From Paracoccaceae bacterium (lineage in GTDB: Bacteria; Pseudomonadota; Alphaproteobacteria; Rhodobacterales; Rhodobacteraceae), in contig JAAEZB010000004.1 in the NCBI GenBank assembly GCA_018223085.1, forward strand, positions 6,284 through 70,283: a DNA stretch of 64,000 bases, in the 5' to 3' direction. The position numbers and the translations under genes are program-made. This document shows positions 18,835 to 27,737 of this stretch, in pieces. How positions within the stretch are numbered: the first letter of the stretch is position 1; each line of letters opens with the position of its first letter. The notes under the pieces were generated by a model, which saw nothing but the letters and a program-made list of their open reading frames with translations, made no database searches and was not told the DNA's origin.

Positions 18835-19548
18835 TTAACGGATCAGGGTTTGAACGGCGGTTTTCACGCGCTCGTTCTCGGCATCGAGAAAGCTCTGGCC
18901 CATCTCATAGGCGCGCTGGACCTGCACCATCCGGGCAAGCTGTCCCACCGGATCGACATTAGAGTCTTCGAGATAGCCTTGGAGCAGTTTGCTTGTGGTG
19001 CTGGCTTCGACCGGGGCATCAGTTTTGAACAGAACACCGTTCTCGCGGCGCAAATCCAAAGGGTTCTCTGCGTTGAAGATGCCGAGAATGCCAAGCGGTT
19101 TGCCATCTGAGCTAAACGTGCCATCGCTGGAGAAGGCGAGGTCCGTGGCATCGGGCGGGATAAAGATCGGCCCTTCATTTGCGTCCAGTACGGGCCAGCC
19201 ATCATTGGTCACAAGGGTGCCCTCGGCATTGGTTGTAAAATTTCCGGAGCGCGTCAGACGGTTGCCGTCCGAGGTTTGCACCATGAAGAAACCATCACCC
19301 TCAATCGCCAAATCAAGGCGCCCGCCAGTTGGTGCAAGGCCACCTTGCCGTAGGGAGCTATGCTGCACATTTCCGAGGGCCATAGATACAGAAGGGCCGG
19401 TTTCTGTCTGATGGACATACTCCGAAAAGAGGAGGCCCTCCTCACGGAAACCGGTGGTCGCGGTATTGGCGATATTGTTAGCAATGACCGACATTTCGCG
19501 CAGTAATCCGTTTTGCCGGGTGAGGGCAGCATATGCCGTATTGTCCAT
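18835..19548 (-). CDS. flgF: proximal rod protein
   Basis: ANNIANTATTGF, DLAIEGDGFF, LTRSGNF; lies upstream of flgG. Confidence 0.93.
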   Translation of the reverse strand: MDNTAYAALTRQNGLLREMSVIANNIANTATTGFREEGLLFSEYVHQTETGPSVSMALGNVQHSSLRQGGLAPTGGRLDLAIEGDGFFMVQTSDGNRLTRSGNFTTNAEGTLVTNDGWPVLDANEGPIFIPPDATDLAFSSDGTFSSDGKPLGILGIFNAENPLDLRRENGVLFKTDAPVEASTTSKLLQGYLEDSNVDPVGQLARMVQVQRAYEMGQSFLDAENERVKTAVQTLIR

Positions 19549-19549
19549 G

Positions 19550-19819
19550 TTAGCCTCCTGCGATCATTGGAATGAGATGGGCCTGAAATAGGCTGACGAG
19601 GGTGTTGGCCATGAAGCCCATTGACGCCCAGAAGACGACGACGATGGCCAGAAGCTTGGGCACGAAAGTCAGGGTCATTTCCTGGATGGAGGTCAGCGCC
19701 TGGAACAGGCCAACCACAACACCGGCGACGAGCGCCACGGTCAGGATGGGTGCGGAAATCTTAACTGCGACCCAGAGTGCTTGGCGCAAGGTGTCATAAA
19801 AGACCACTTCGTCGAGCAT
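19550..19819 (-). CDS. fliQ: flagellar export protein FliQ
   Basis: FQALTSIQEMTLTFVPK motif. Confidence 0.97.
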   Translation of the reverse strand: MLDEVVFYDTLRQALWVAVKISAPILTVALVAGVVVGLFQALTSIQEMTLTFVPKLLAIVVVFWASMGFMANTLVSLFQAHLIPMIAGG

Positions 19820-20109
19820 CAGATCGGCATCCTGAGGATTTCCTGATAGGCCTCAACGACTTTGTCCCGTACGGTCACAGCGGTTTCGACGGCAAGCTCT
19901 GCCTGAGTGAGGGCCTGAACGAGGCTGTGGGGATCTGCGTCGCCGGTCATTGCCGCGATGGATGCATTTTCTGCGCTCGCGAGGGTTTCTTGAAAAGAGG
20001 CGGCGGCGTTTTGGATGGCGTCCCCCGCGCCGGACATGCCGTCTGTTGGCAAGGTGGCAGGGCGCAGGGCTTGGTAATTTTGGGCGGCGAGATTGGTAGG
20101 GAGTTGCAT
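19819..20109 (-). CDS. fliE: hook-basal body protein FliE
   Basis: VRDKVVEAYQEILRMPI C-terminus. Confidence 0.96.
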   Translation of the reverse strand: MQLPTNLAAQNYQALRPATLPTDGMSGAGDAIQNAAASFQETLASAENASIAAMTGDADPHSLVQALTQAELAVETAVTVRDKVVEAYQEILRMPI

Positions 20110-20120
20110 GACAGGGGTCC

Positions 20121-20504
20121 TTATTTACGGAGAAGTTCCATGAGCGACGACGACATTTGTCGGGTTTGGTCGAACATTTTCAGGTTGGCTTCGTAGCTGC
20201 GCTGGGCCTCTCGGGCGTCGGTAATTTCGATCAGAAGATCGACATTCGAGCCTGCAAAATGCCCGGTCTCATCGGCCAATGGATGATTGGGATCGAACAC
20301 CTTTTTGAGCGGCGTCTGTGCAAGATTGACAGGACCGGTTTCGACCGTGCCGGAGCCGGATGCATCGGCATGGAAAGACACTGTCTTGCGCCGATAGCCC
20401 GGCGTATCGGCATTGGCGATGTTCTCGGACAAATGGCGCAGGCGGGCGGCCTGTGCACGCAAGCCACTGGTGCTGAGACCAAGGGCAGATGAAAAATCAC
20501 TCAT
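20121..20504 (-). CDS. flgC: basal body rod protein FlgC
   Basis: SENIANADTPGYRRK, DPNHPLAD, EAQRSYEAN. Confidence 0.96.
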   Translation of the reverse strand: MSDFSSALGLSTSGLRAQAARLRHLSENIANADTPGYRRKTVSFHADASGSGTVETGPVNLAQTPLKKVFDPNHPLADETGHFAGSNVDLLIEITDAREAQRSYEANLKMFDQTRQMSSSLMELLRK

Positions 20505-20519
20505 AACAAACCTTTCTGG

Positions 20520-20903
20520 TTAACGACGTCCGATGCTTGTACGCAGGATGTTCATTGAGGACCTGTAGATCGCGAGGGCGCGGTCATGTTGTTTGCGCAC
20601 GGACACGGCCCGCATCATCTCTTCTTCAAGAGAAACATTGTTACCGTTGGGAGAGGTTTCCGTGTGGGTTTGCAGGTCTTGTGCTGCGAGCGAGAGGCCT
20701 GCCCCAATATGGCGGTCACGCGTCGCGCGCATACCGGTCTGGTCTGTGCGGTGACGGACAAGCTCTGTAAATGGGGTCAGGTCGCGGGCGGCATAGCCGG
20801 GGGTATCGGCATTGGCCATGTTTGCGGCGACAGTTTCCTGTCGCTGCGCGGCATGTCGCGCCATGGCGTGAGACAATTGGAATATCTCAAGGTTTTGGAA
20901 CAT
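20520..20903 (-). CDS. flgB: basal body rod protein FlgB
   Basis: ANMANADTPGY, NGNNVSLEEEM; start set at MFQNL. Confidence 0.94.
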   Translation of the reverse strand: MFQNLEIFQLSHAMARHAAQRQETVAANMANADTPGYAARDLTPFTELVRHRTDQTGMRATRDRHIGAGLSLAAQDLQTHTETSPNGNNVSLEEEMMRAVSVRKQHDRALAIYRSSMNILRTSIGRR

Positions 20904-20926
20904 TCGGGCTTCTCCCTCGAACGGTA

Positions 20927-20942
20927 TAAAGCAAGGCTTAAC
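20927..20942. promoter_or_regulatory. CtrA-like box TAAA-N7-TTAAC in the divergent flgB/fliI promoter
   Basis: TAAAgcaaggcTTAAC; a GANTC site (GATTC 20946-20950) is adjacent. Confidence 0.7.
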
Positions 20943-21002
20943 CCTGATTCCTTTAGAAATTGTTTTCACGGATCGAAGCCACACCAGAGAGAGGCCCCGA
21001 CA

Positions 21003-22358
21003 ATGAAAACTGGACTATCCGCGCTCGGCGCGGAGTTATCGAGCTTGCATCACGCCTATGATCTTGGACGCGTGAGCGCGGTTGAAGGTAATATGGTACG
21101 GGTGGCGGGTCTGAGTGGCGCGGCGCGGGTCGGGGATCGCGCAGAGCTATTGAAGGCCGATGGCGAGATTCTTTTCGCAGAAGTCGTTCAGCTGCACGGC
21201 GATGATATTTCCCTTCTGCCCGATAACGTGCTCGACGGGGTGTCGATTGGAAATGCAGTGCGCCTTGTTCCTTTGGTCGGTATTGCGCCGGGTCCTTCTT
21301 GGATCGGGCGAGTGATTGATGCCGATGGCCGCCCACTTGATGGCCAACCATTGCTGCGCGGTGGAGAAATGCGACCAATCAAGGCGCCACCGCCACCAGC
21401 GGCGCTGCGCCGCTCGCTTGGTGCACGGCTCGAAACTGGTCTTTCGGTCTTCAACACGATGCTGCCCCTTGTGCGGGGGCAACGTCTTGGGCTTTTTGCC
21501 GGATCGGGGGTTGGAAAATCGAGCCTCCTTGCCGCGATGGCACGGGGGATGGCGGCGGATGTTGTGGTTCTGGCGCTTGTTGGAGAGCGTGGCCGAGAGG
21601 TGCGGGAGTTCGTCGAAGAAACTCTGGGTCCGGAAGGTATGCGGCGCTCTATCGTGGTCGCGGCGACATCGGATCAATCCCCAACTCAGCGGCGGCGATG
21701 CCTTTGGACGGCTATGACGGTCGCAGAGTATTTTCGCGATCAGGGGCAGCATGTGCTGCTGCTGGCGGATTCCGTCACGCGCTTTGCAGAGGCCCATCGC
21801 GAGGTTGCGGTGGCGAGTGGTGAAATGCCAGCTTTGCGCGGCTATCCCGCCTCTACGGCACATACGATTACGGCGCTTTGTGAACGGGCCGGGCCTGGAG
21901 GGGGCGATCAGGGGGATATCACGGCGGTGTTTAGCGTACTTGTCGCGGGATCCGATATGGAAGGTCCGATTGCAGATATTCTACGCGGTGTTCTGGACGG
22001 GCATGTTGTGATGGATCGACAAATCGCCGAAAGGGGCCGTTTCCCGGCGGTTGATCTAACGAAGTCCGTTTCCAGAAGTCTGCCCGGCGCCGCCAGTGCC
22101 GAGCAAAATGCGATCATCATGGCCGTGCGCCGCCTCATCGCGAAATACGAACAATCCGAGATGATGGTCAAAGCCGGGCTCTATAAAGAAGGAAGCGATC
22201 CCGAGCTTGATCAAGCCTTACAGATATGGCCGGAGCTGGAGACCTTTTGGACAACGAGCAGCGACTCTGTTGAAGGCAGCTTTGCCCGGTTGGGGCTCAT
22301 GCTGCGGCGGTGTGGCGCGTCTCTTTCCCAAGGTGTGTCGCAAGGAGGCGGAGGTTAG
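21003..22358 (+). CDS. fliI: flagellum-specific ATPase
   Basis: Walker A GSGVGKS, LVGERGREV, DSVTRFA, LDGHVVM; start ATG 21003 follows GAGG. Confidence 0.96.
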   Translation: MKTGLSALGAELSSLHHAYDLGRVSAVEGNMVRVAGLSGAARVGDRAELLKADGEILFAEVVQLHGDDISLLPDNVLDGVSIGNAVRLVPLVGIAPGPSWIGRVIDADGRPLDGQPLLRGGEMRPIKAPPPPAALRRSLGARLETGLSVFNTMLPLVRGQRLGLFAGSGVGKSSLLAAMARGMAADVVVLALVGERGREVREFVEETLGPEGMRRSIVVAATSDQSPTQRRRCLWTAMTVAEYFRDQGQHVLLLADSVTRFAEAHREVAVASGEMPALRGYPASTAHTITALCERAGPGGGDQGDITAVFSVLVAGSDMEGPIADILRGVLDGHVVMDRQIAERGRFPAVDLTKSVSRSLPGAASAEQNAIIMAVRRLIAKYEQSEMMVKAGLYKEGSDPELDQALQIWPELETFWTTSSDSVEGSFARLGLMLRRCGASLSQGVSQGGGG

Positions 22359-23146
22359 CCACCTTGAAGTAAGGTCAGGGCGATTTGAGCCGAGGATGTT
22401 GTGCTTGTATTCGCGATTTGCGACATGAGGAGATAGCGCTCGACCAGAGCTTCTGTCGCTTCAGCGTCGGCAAATTGATCGATGTCTCTATTTCCCAAAA
22501 GGGAAGCGGTTTTGTCGCGAAAAACCTCCAACTGTTGATCGAGGTCGAGCTGGCCAAAGCCGGAAGGCAGGGCAAAGGCGGTCTCGAACACCTCACGCAA
22601 TGGGGACGATCCCATGACGAGGTACCATTTTGCGTCGGCCGAGATGTCCTTGTCGGCCAGTTTGGCCAGTTCACGTTCGGCATTCATAGCCAGGCGCATT
22701 GAATCATCTTGCTCGCCAACGGCGACCTCGAAACTTCGTTCGAGATAGGATTCTACAATCTTGTTGCCGAAATCCGAAATCTTCGTGCGGGGCGTGTCAT
22801 AATCGCCAAACCCGAATGCGGCAGAAAGCTCTTTATAGCGGCTGTCCGTCATCTTGTTGGCAAAGCTGTCTTCTGACAGTGTACCTTCTTCGAGGACCTT
22901 GCGGATAAAGAACTGGCTATCGAGGTCGTCTGACAGGCCGAAAGCGCCAAGAGCAACTCTGAGAAGGCGCCGGTCTGCAACCAGTTCCTCGGCGCTATTC
23001 ACGTCACCGATTTTGGCTTTGAAATAATCCGTGTCGCGAGTCAGTTCGGGTGCGGTTTCGAACGCTGTTTGTTGGCGGTCTTGTGTGCGCTTGAGAAACG
23101 CCCAGCCCGCAAGGCCGCCAAGGGGAAGGATCGGTTGAAAGCTCAT
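22355..23146 (-). CDS. DUF1217-family flagellar-cluster protein
   Basis: DTDYFKAKIGDVNSAEELVADRRLLRVALGAFGL and YLERSFEVAVGEQD motifs. Confidence 0.8.
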   Translation of the reverse strand: MSFQPILPLGGLAGWAFLKRTQDRQQTAFETAPELTRDTDYFKAKIGDVNSAEELVADRRLLRVALGAFGLSDDLDSQFFIRKVLEEGTLSEDSFANKMTDSRYKELSAAFGFGDYDTPRTKISDFGNKIVESYLERSFEVAVGEQDDSMRLAMNAERELAKLADKDISADAKWYLVMGSSPLREVFETAFALPSGFGQLDLDQQLEVFRDKTASLLGNRDIDQFADAEATEALVERYLLMSQIANTSTTSSAQIALTLLQGG

Positions 23147-23547
23147 TTCTCATGTACGGCGAGAAGCCGACTCTCCCGGGGGATCAACGCACGCAGCGCT
23201 TTCATCGCGTGGTAATACCGGCCGTCAAGAATGGCATCCGTCGCATCGCCAAGCCGATGGTGGCTATCATTGTCCGTAAGAATTCGACTCAGTTCCTCAA
23301 TGCGCCGCAATAGCGGGAGGCGACTTTCCTGTGGGTCGGCGTCACCAGAGAGAACAAGCTGCATTGCATAGCAGATGCGCTTGACCGGGGTGGTGGCCTG
23401 CTCCGGATGGATCGCGTCGCGCAGGCGCAGGATATGTGCATTCGGGGACACGATGGACAGACGTGACCGTCGATCGCCGTTTTCGATCACGGCACCGTTG
23501 ACCAATACGCGTTCTTTTGGGCTGAGTTTCAAGACAAGGCCGCTCAT
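23143..23547 (-). CDS. flbT: flagellin post-transcriptional regulator FlbT
   Basis: LKLSPKERVLVNGAVIENGDRR, EQATTPVKRICY. Confidence 0.95.
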   Translation of the reverse strand: MSGLVLKLSPKERVLVNGAVIENGDRRSRLSIVSPNAHILRLRDAIHPEQATTPVKRICYAMQLVLSGDADPQESRLPLLRRIEELSRILTDNDSHHRLGDATDAILDGRYYHAMKALRALIPRESRLLAVHEK

Positions 23548-23918
23548 GTCGTCGCACCTCCGCGCAAGCCGCGTAGAACGGCCATGTTGATTTCGAGAAG
23601 TGGGCGTACATTTGCGTCGCCAGATAGAACTTTGGCGCTGTGTACTTGGGTGAACTCGGCGAGGTAGAAAAGCTGTGCCCGAAGGCCGTCCGGCAGGGCG
23701 TTTTCCGTATCGGCGACATTGGTGGCAAAGAGGGTCCAGAGGCGGCGGTTCATATGCACTGCTTCAACGAGAGCGGAAAACCCAATAGGCCCCTTGCGCG
23801 AGGCATCGCGAAGTTGACGGGTTATGCGGGCAATAGCGTCATATTCGAGGCTGCGTGGCGCGCCGGTTTGAGCTGGTGATGTTTTGTAGAGATCGTGCGC
23901 AAGCTGCTGGAAAGCCAT
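23544..23918 (-). CDS. flaF: flagellar biosynthesis regulator FlaF
   Basis: NRRLWT, NALPDGLRAQLFYLAEF, LLEINMAVLRGL. Confidence 0.94.
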   Translation of the reverse strand: MAFQQLAHDLYKTSPAQTGAPRSLEYDAIARITRQLRDASRKGPIGFSALVEAVHMNRRLWTLFATNVADTENALPDGLRAQLFYLAEFTQVHSAKVLSGDANVRPLLEINMAVLRGLRGGATT

Positions 23919-23956
23919 GTGGGTTCCTTTTCGGCGCTGGAGCTAGGGATGTTGGA

Positions 23957-23985
23957 GAATCCGGGCGCTTGTTGCGCCCGGATTC
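23957..23985 (-). terminator. strong hairpin after the flagellin gene (partial terminator or mRNA stabiliser)
   Basis: GAATCCGGGCGC-ttgtt-GCGCCCGGATTC perfect 12-bp stem with only a weak U-tract. Confidence 0.65.
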
Positions 23986-23993
23986 GAGAGTGA

Positions 23994-25205
23994 TTAGCGG
24001 AACAGCGACAGGATCGACTGCGGAGCCTGGTTCGCAATCGAAAGCGATTGAGTCGCCAGTTGCTGTTGAACCTGAAGGGCCTGCAGACGCGCCGAAGTCT
24101 CTTCCATATCGGCGTCAACGAGCGAGCCAATCCCCTCTTTCAGCGAGTCGGTCAGTTTGGAGACGAACTCGGACTGGGTATTGATACGCCCTTCGACCGA
24201 GCCGAAGGCGGACGACGCGTCGATCGCGGTATCGATGAGTGTCTCGATCGAACCAAGTGCAGCCGCAGCGCCTGCGGCATTCGATACGTCGATCGAGTCA
24301 AGCGCACCAAGGCCGCCGGATCCTGCGTTGGTGAATTGGCCGCTGACCTGGATCGAATCCGCGCCGTCATTGGTCAGCACGAGGGTGCCGGCATTGGCAC
24401 TGTTATAATCAACACTGACCTCAAGGGAGGTTGCTTCAATCGCTGCCTTGAGCCCGACTGCGATGATGTCTTCCGGTGTGGTCGAAGCTACATCTTCGGC
24501 GGTCACGGTATAAGAGATCTCTTCATCACCGAGATTCAGGGTGATCTTGTCGCCCGCGGCATAGGTAGGATCAGTGATCACAATGGTTCCGGCATCATCG
24601 GTGCCGCCGGTTGCGTCGAGCGAGAAGCCAAAGGCGTCCGCACTGTCGGCTGCGACGCCGTCAGAACCGGTAAAGGCCGCTTTGGCGGTATATCCGCCGG
24701 TCGACAGATCCTGTGCCGTGACGTTGATAGAGGATGCGGTGACGTTCCCCGAAGCATCGCGGTCAAGCGAGGACATCACAGCCGCACTGGCGGTCGAGCC
24801 ATCGACGAGGTTCAGGCCGTTGAACTGGGCTGCGGCGACGACGGATCCGATCTGATCCTTGAGGGCGGTTACATCGGCGTTGAGCTTGTCACGGTCGACA
24901 TTGTCTTCCTGTGCCGCGACGATCTTGCCTTTCATCTCGGTCAGGAGATCCGTCACGGTTTCCGAAGCTTGGCGTGCAACGGCTACGGTCGATTGCCCAA
25001 GCGACAGGCTTTCGGAGATTGCCTTGAAACCATTTACGTCGGATTCCATCACCTTCGAAATGGCCCAGACTGCGGAGTTGTCTTTCGCAGTGGCAACCCG
25101 CTTGCCGGTCGAAATCTGGTTTTGGGTGTCGGCAAGGCTCGAATTGACCGATTTGAGGGTCTGCAGTGCTACCATTGCGCTGCTGTTTGTCAGAATGCTG
25201 GACAT
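23994..25205 (-). CDS. fliC: flagellin (403 aa)
   Basis: MSSILTNSSAMVALQTL, ISTGKRVATAKDN, LVDADMEETSARLQALQVQQQL, QSILSLFR. Confidence 0.98.
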   Translation of the reverse strand: MSSILTNSSAMVALQTLKSVNSSLADTQNQISTGKRVATAKDNSAVWAISKVMESDVNGFKAISESLSLGQSTVAVARQASETVTDLLTEMKGKIVAAQEDNVDRDKLNADVTALKDQIGSVVAAAQFNGLNLVDGSTASAAVMSSLDRDASGNVTASSINVTAQDLSTGGYTAKAAFTGSDGVAADSADAFGFSLDATGGTDDAGTIVITDPTYAAGDKITLNLGDEEISYTVTAEDVASTTPEDIIAVGLKAAIEATSLEVSVDYNSANAGTLVLTNDGADSIQVSGQFTNAGSGGLGALDSIDVSNAAGAAAALGSIETLIDTAIDASSAFGSVEGRINTQSEFVSKLTDSLKEGIGSLVDADMEETSARLQALQVQQQLATQSLSIANQAPQSILSLFR

Positions 25206-25225
25206 GGCATTTTCCTTGTTTTCAT

Positions 25226-25325
25226 AGACGCTTTGCGCCTGTTGAGCTCGACCGCGCATTGGCGATCATGGATGTCGTTCTGACAGGTGCCGGGCCGTTA
25301 GCGGGCGGCGCCATCCGTTTGGATG
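25226..25325 (-). promoter_or_regulatory. structured flagellin 5' leader with five short hairpins
   Basis: CATCC-aaac-GGATG, CCG-ctaa-CGG, TGTC-agaac-GACA, CGC-caat-GCG, AGGCGC-aaa-GCGTCT in series upstream of the RBS. Confidence 0.6.
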
Positions 25326-25350
25326 CGGGTCGAATGTGGGGTGGAAAAGG

Positions 25351-25365
25351 CTAATGGAGTGCTAA
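25351..25365 (-). promoter_or_regulatory. CtrA-like box upstream of flagellin
   Basis: TTAGcactccaTTAG on the minus strand (N7 spacing). Confidence 0.5.
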
Positions 25366-25426
25366 TCCCGCAGTGCGGGATAACTCGCTTTTGAAGCAAA
25401 TCCGCCGCGCCCCGATGGCGGAGGGC

Positions 25427-25786
25427 TCAGGCGCGTTTCTCAAGCTTGCCGGGGGTGGCAAGATAGACTTCGTTCTTTTGGCCGTGCGCATCATATGTCT
25501 GAAGCGAGTCGCGTACTTGCCGCAGGAGCGTCATGCGTGCAGCAACATCCCGAATTCCGGCTAACGCACTTTCCAGCAGGGTCTGATTTCGACCGGCAGC
25601 TTCATGCAGAGCTTTAAGCGGTGCACGCTCTGCCGGAGAAATTGCCTCTAGCGCCTCTAGTAGGCGGGTTTTTTCGGTGCCGATTTCAATCAGATCCTCA
25701 AATGCTCCTTCAAGGAGGGCGCGCTTCTCGCGCTGCAAAAGCATATCCAATGCTTCGAATATAGAAGTGTGATCCTGCTTATCCAT
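25427..25786 (-). CDS. flgN: flagellar export chaperone FlgN
   Basis: LLQREKRALL, RNQTLLESALAGI, TYDAHG; lies after flgJ. Confidence 0.85.
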   Translation of the reverse strand: MDKQDHTSIFEALDMLLQREKRALLEGAFEDLIEIGTEKTRLLEALEAISPAERAPLKALHEAAGRNQTLLESALAGIRDVAARMTLLRQVRDSLQTYDAHGQKNEVYLATPGKLEKRA

Positions 25787-26060
25787 TTGCTTTATCCTTC
25801 AGGCTTTCAAAAATGCTTTCGGCAAGCCCGATACCACCTGCATCCACCATCGCCCGGGCTTGCTCATCGATCAGGAGCGATGCGAATTGATCCTCCCCGG
25901 CGCCGCCGCCAAAACTCTCGCGAGATTTACCAAGGCCGGAATATTTCAGCATTTCCGACAGGAAGCTTGCTTCAAGGTCGCGCGCGACCGCCTGCAATCT
26001 CGCTTCTGACGCGGGCGCAAGGGAGCCCTGCGTCATGGGGGGCTGAATAGGAATACTCAT
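25779..26060 (-). CDS. flgJ: single-domain rod-capping FlgJ (no muramidase domain)
   Basis: LEASFLSEMLK, FGGGAGEDQFASLL, GGIGLAE; start at MSIPIQ follows a GGAG RBS. Confidence 0.9.
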   Translation of the reverse strand: MSIPIQPPMTQGSLAPASEARLQAVARDLEASFLSEMLKYSGLGKSRESFGGGAGEDQFASLLIDEQARAMVDAGGIGLAESIFESLKDKANG

Positions 26061-26108
26061 CAGGTTGTCTCCAAATTGAACGGATTTTCCTGATTTTGAC
26101 CGTGAGCG

Positions 26109-26124
26109 GTAAAGAAGTGGTAAC
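26109..26124. promoter_or_regulatory. CtrA-like box GTAA-N7-GTAAC between flgJ and fliK
   Basis: GTAAagaagtgGTAAC. Confidence 0.5.
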
Positions 26125-26171
26125 CCTGTTGGCGTTCTTATCGGGACATCGCGTCTGTCACCGGAGAGTCC

Positions 26172-27728
26172 ATGTTGCCCGATATTTTTCTTAACACCCA
26201 TTTGCGCCAACACAGTATTGGCACGACTATGATTCAAGGTGAAAAGGAAGTGTCGGCAGAGGCTAATTTTGTCTCTGTTCTTGCGGAACTTGCCCTTGAT
26301 GAAGGGAATCACCCGGCCAGAGAAGAAATAGAGCTCAAGGCGGAACCAGAGGCCGAAATATTGCCAGAAGACGCCGAAGAGATTGGTGATGGCATCGAAT
26401 CTCTGTCCGATCTTGCGGATGGTGAGGCCTATGATTCTGCATCAACGCCACATGTTTCGCGCAGTGACGAATTGGTCGCAATGGAAGGGATTTCTAAAAA
26501 GGGGCCGCTTCTGTCCGATGCTGGGACGCCAGTTATTCGTGGCGATGGCGTGGCGATCAAAGAGCCGGGTAGCATCGGGGGGCTGGCGCGAAATGTGCCT
26601 GAGGCTGAGCAGATCGGGGTAATGTCTGAGTCGGACCCCCCCCTACCTGAAAAGACGTATTCATATGAGAGGACCCGTGAATTTCCATTGAGGGGGGAGG
26701 CCTCTGGCCTGATGCTTCAGCAGAAGGTGGTAAGCGCGCGTCAAGCGCAGGAGGTAACACCTCAGTTTCCAAAGGCTGAAATTCAGAATGATACGGTTCT
26801 GGGAAAGGCTGTGCCTGTAAGCGTTTTGACACCGCAAGAGGGAGCGGCACAGGTTTCTGCGGTGCGCATTTCTGAGGTCGATACGGCGCAAGGAGTGACG
26901 CGCCTTGCCTCGCTGGCGTCGGATCCCTTGGTGCGCGAAATACCCCGTGGGCGATCCTCTGTATCATCTCTGGGCGCGACAGCCGTCACAGACACGCCCA
27001 TCACGGCAGATAACCGGCCTGCGTCTTTCATAACTGACAGCGTCGTGTTGCGCCCTCAAAACACAGTAGAGGTTCCCGGTGTCAGGCTTTCGGACCGTCA
27101 GGATGTGCCCGTGATGCCGCCGCCGCCTCCCCTTGGATTGGGTGCGCCTAGCGCGGCGGCGGTGGGCGGGCAGGCTGGATTTGCACTACCAACTGGAACA
27201 CCTGAGAACACCGATTCAGAGCAGGCGATGAGCCAAATTCTGGAAGAAGCGTTGTCCCTGTCCGAAAGACCCCTCCTCGGTACGCGTGAAGCTGTCGGTA
27301 TGCCTCGAACCACTGGAATTTCTACAAATGGCGACTCGTCGCAGAGCCTTGCCGTCGTGCGTCAAGTATCGGAAGCGGTGCGGTTGACGTCGGGGGCAGG
27401 AGTCGAAATCGCCTTGAACCCTGAGGAGCTTGGTTCTGTACGGCTTCGGTTGTCGGGCGTGGACGGACAGATGACCGTTGTTGTTCAGGCGGAGCGCCCG
27501 GAAACACTCGATCTGATGCGGCGACATATTGATACGCTGTCTCAGGACTTCAGGGACATTGGATATGGTGACGTGTCCTTTTCCTTCCAGTCGGGAGAGA
27601 GAGGCCAACATGGCGCACAGGAGGATGATACGTCGCCTGTGCTGATGGCCGAAGAGACATCGCCTGTCCCGCAAAAGTTGGCCCGTAGCACGCTCGCAAT
27701 GGGCGGTGGGCTTGATGTTCGAATCTGA
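26172..27728 (+). CDS. fliK: hook-length control protein
   Basis: Low-complexity N-terminus; C-terminal IALNPEELGSVRL...AERPETLDLMRRH...GLDVRI; lies before flgD. Confidence 0.9.
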   Translation: MLPDIFLNTHLRQHSIGTTMIQGEKEVSAEANFVSVLAELALDEGNHPAREEIELKAEPEAEILPEDAEEIGDGIESLSDLADGEAYDSASTPHVSRSDELVAMEGISKKGPLLSDAGTPVIRGDGVAIKEPGSIGGLARNVPEAEQIGVMSESDPPLPEKTYSYERTREFPLRGEASGLMLQQKVVSARQAQEVTPQFPKAEIQNDTVLGKAVPVSVLTPQEGAAQVSAVRISEVDTAQGVTRLASLASDPLVREIPRGRSSVSSLGATAVTDTPITADNRPASFITDSVVLRPQNTVEVPGVRLSDRQDVPVMPPPPPLGLGAPSAAAVGGQAGFALPTGTPENTDSEQAMSQILEEALSLSERPLLGTREAVGMPRTTGISTNGDSSQSLAVVRQVSEAVRLTSGAGVEIALNPEELGSVRLRLSGVDGQMTVVVQAERPETLDLMRRHIDTLSQDFRDIGYGDVSFSFQSGERGQHGAQEDDTSPVLMAEETSPVPQKLARSTLAMGGGLDVRI

Positions 27729-27737
27729 GGAGGAACC

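Noticed and set aside
20586-21002. Apparent N-terminal extension of FliI (similar cases for fliF, flgA, flgJ, serC, serA)
   Set aside because: The extensions overlap neighbouring genes, promoters or repeats; downstream starts fit the RBS and family length
24048-25283. 411-aa ORF antisense to flagellin (likewise 34660-35931, 37608-38798, 41332-42570, 45996-47204, 51104-52528, 62077-63504)
   Set aside because: Codon-register mirror ORFs of strongly biased genes, with unnatural composition
25779-26060. flgJ as a truncated pseudogene
   Set aside because: Single-domain FlgJ is normal in alphaproteobacteria, and a separate lytic transglycosylase is present at 11234-11998
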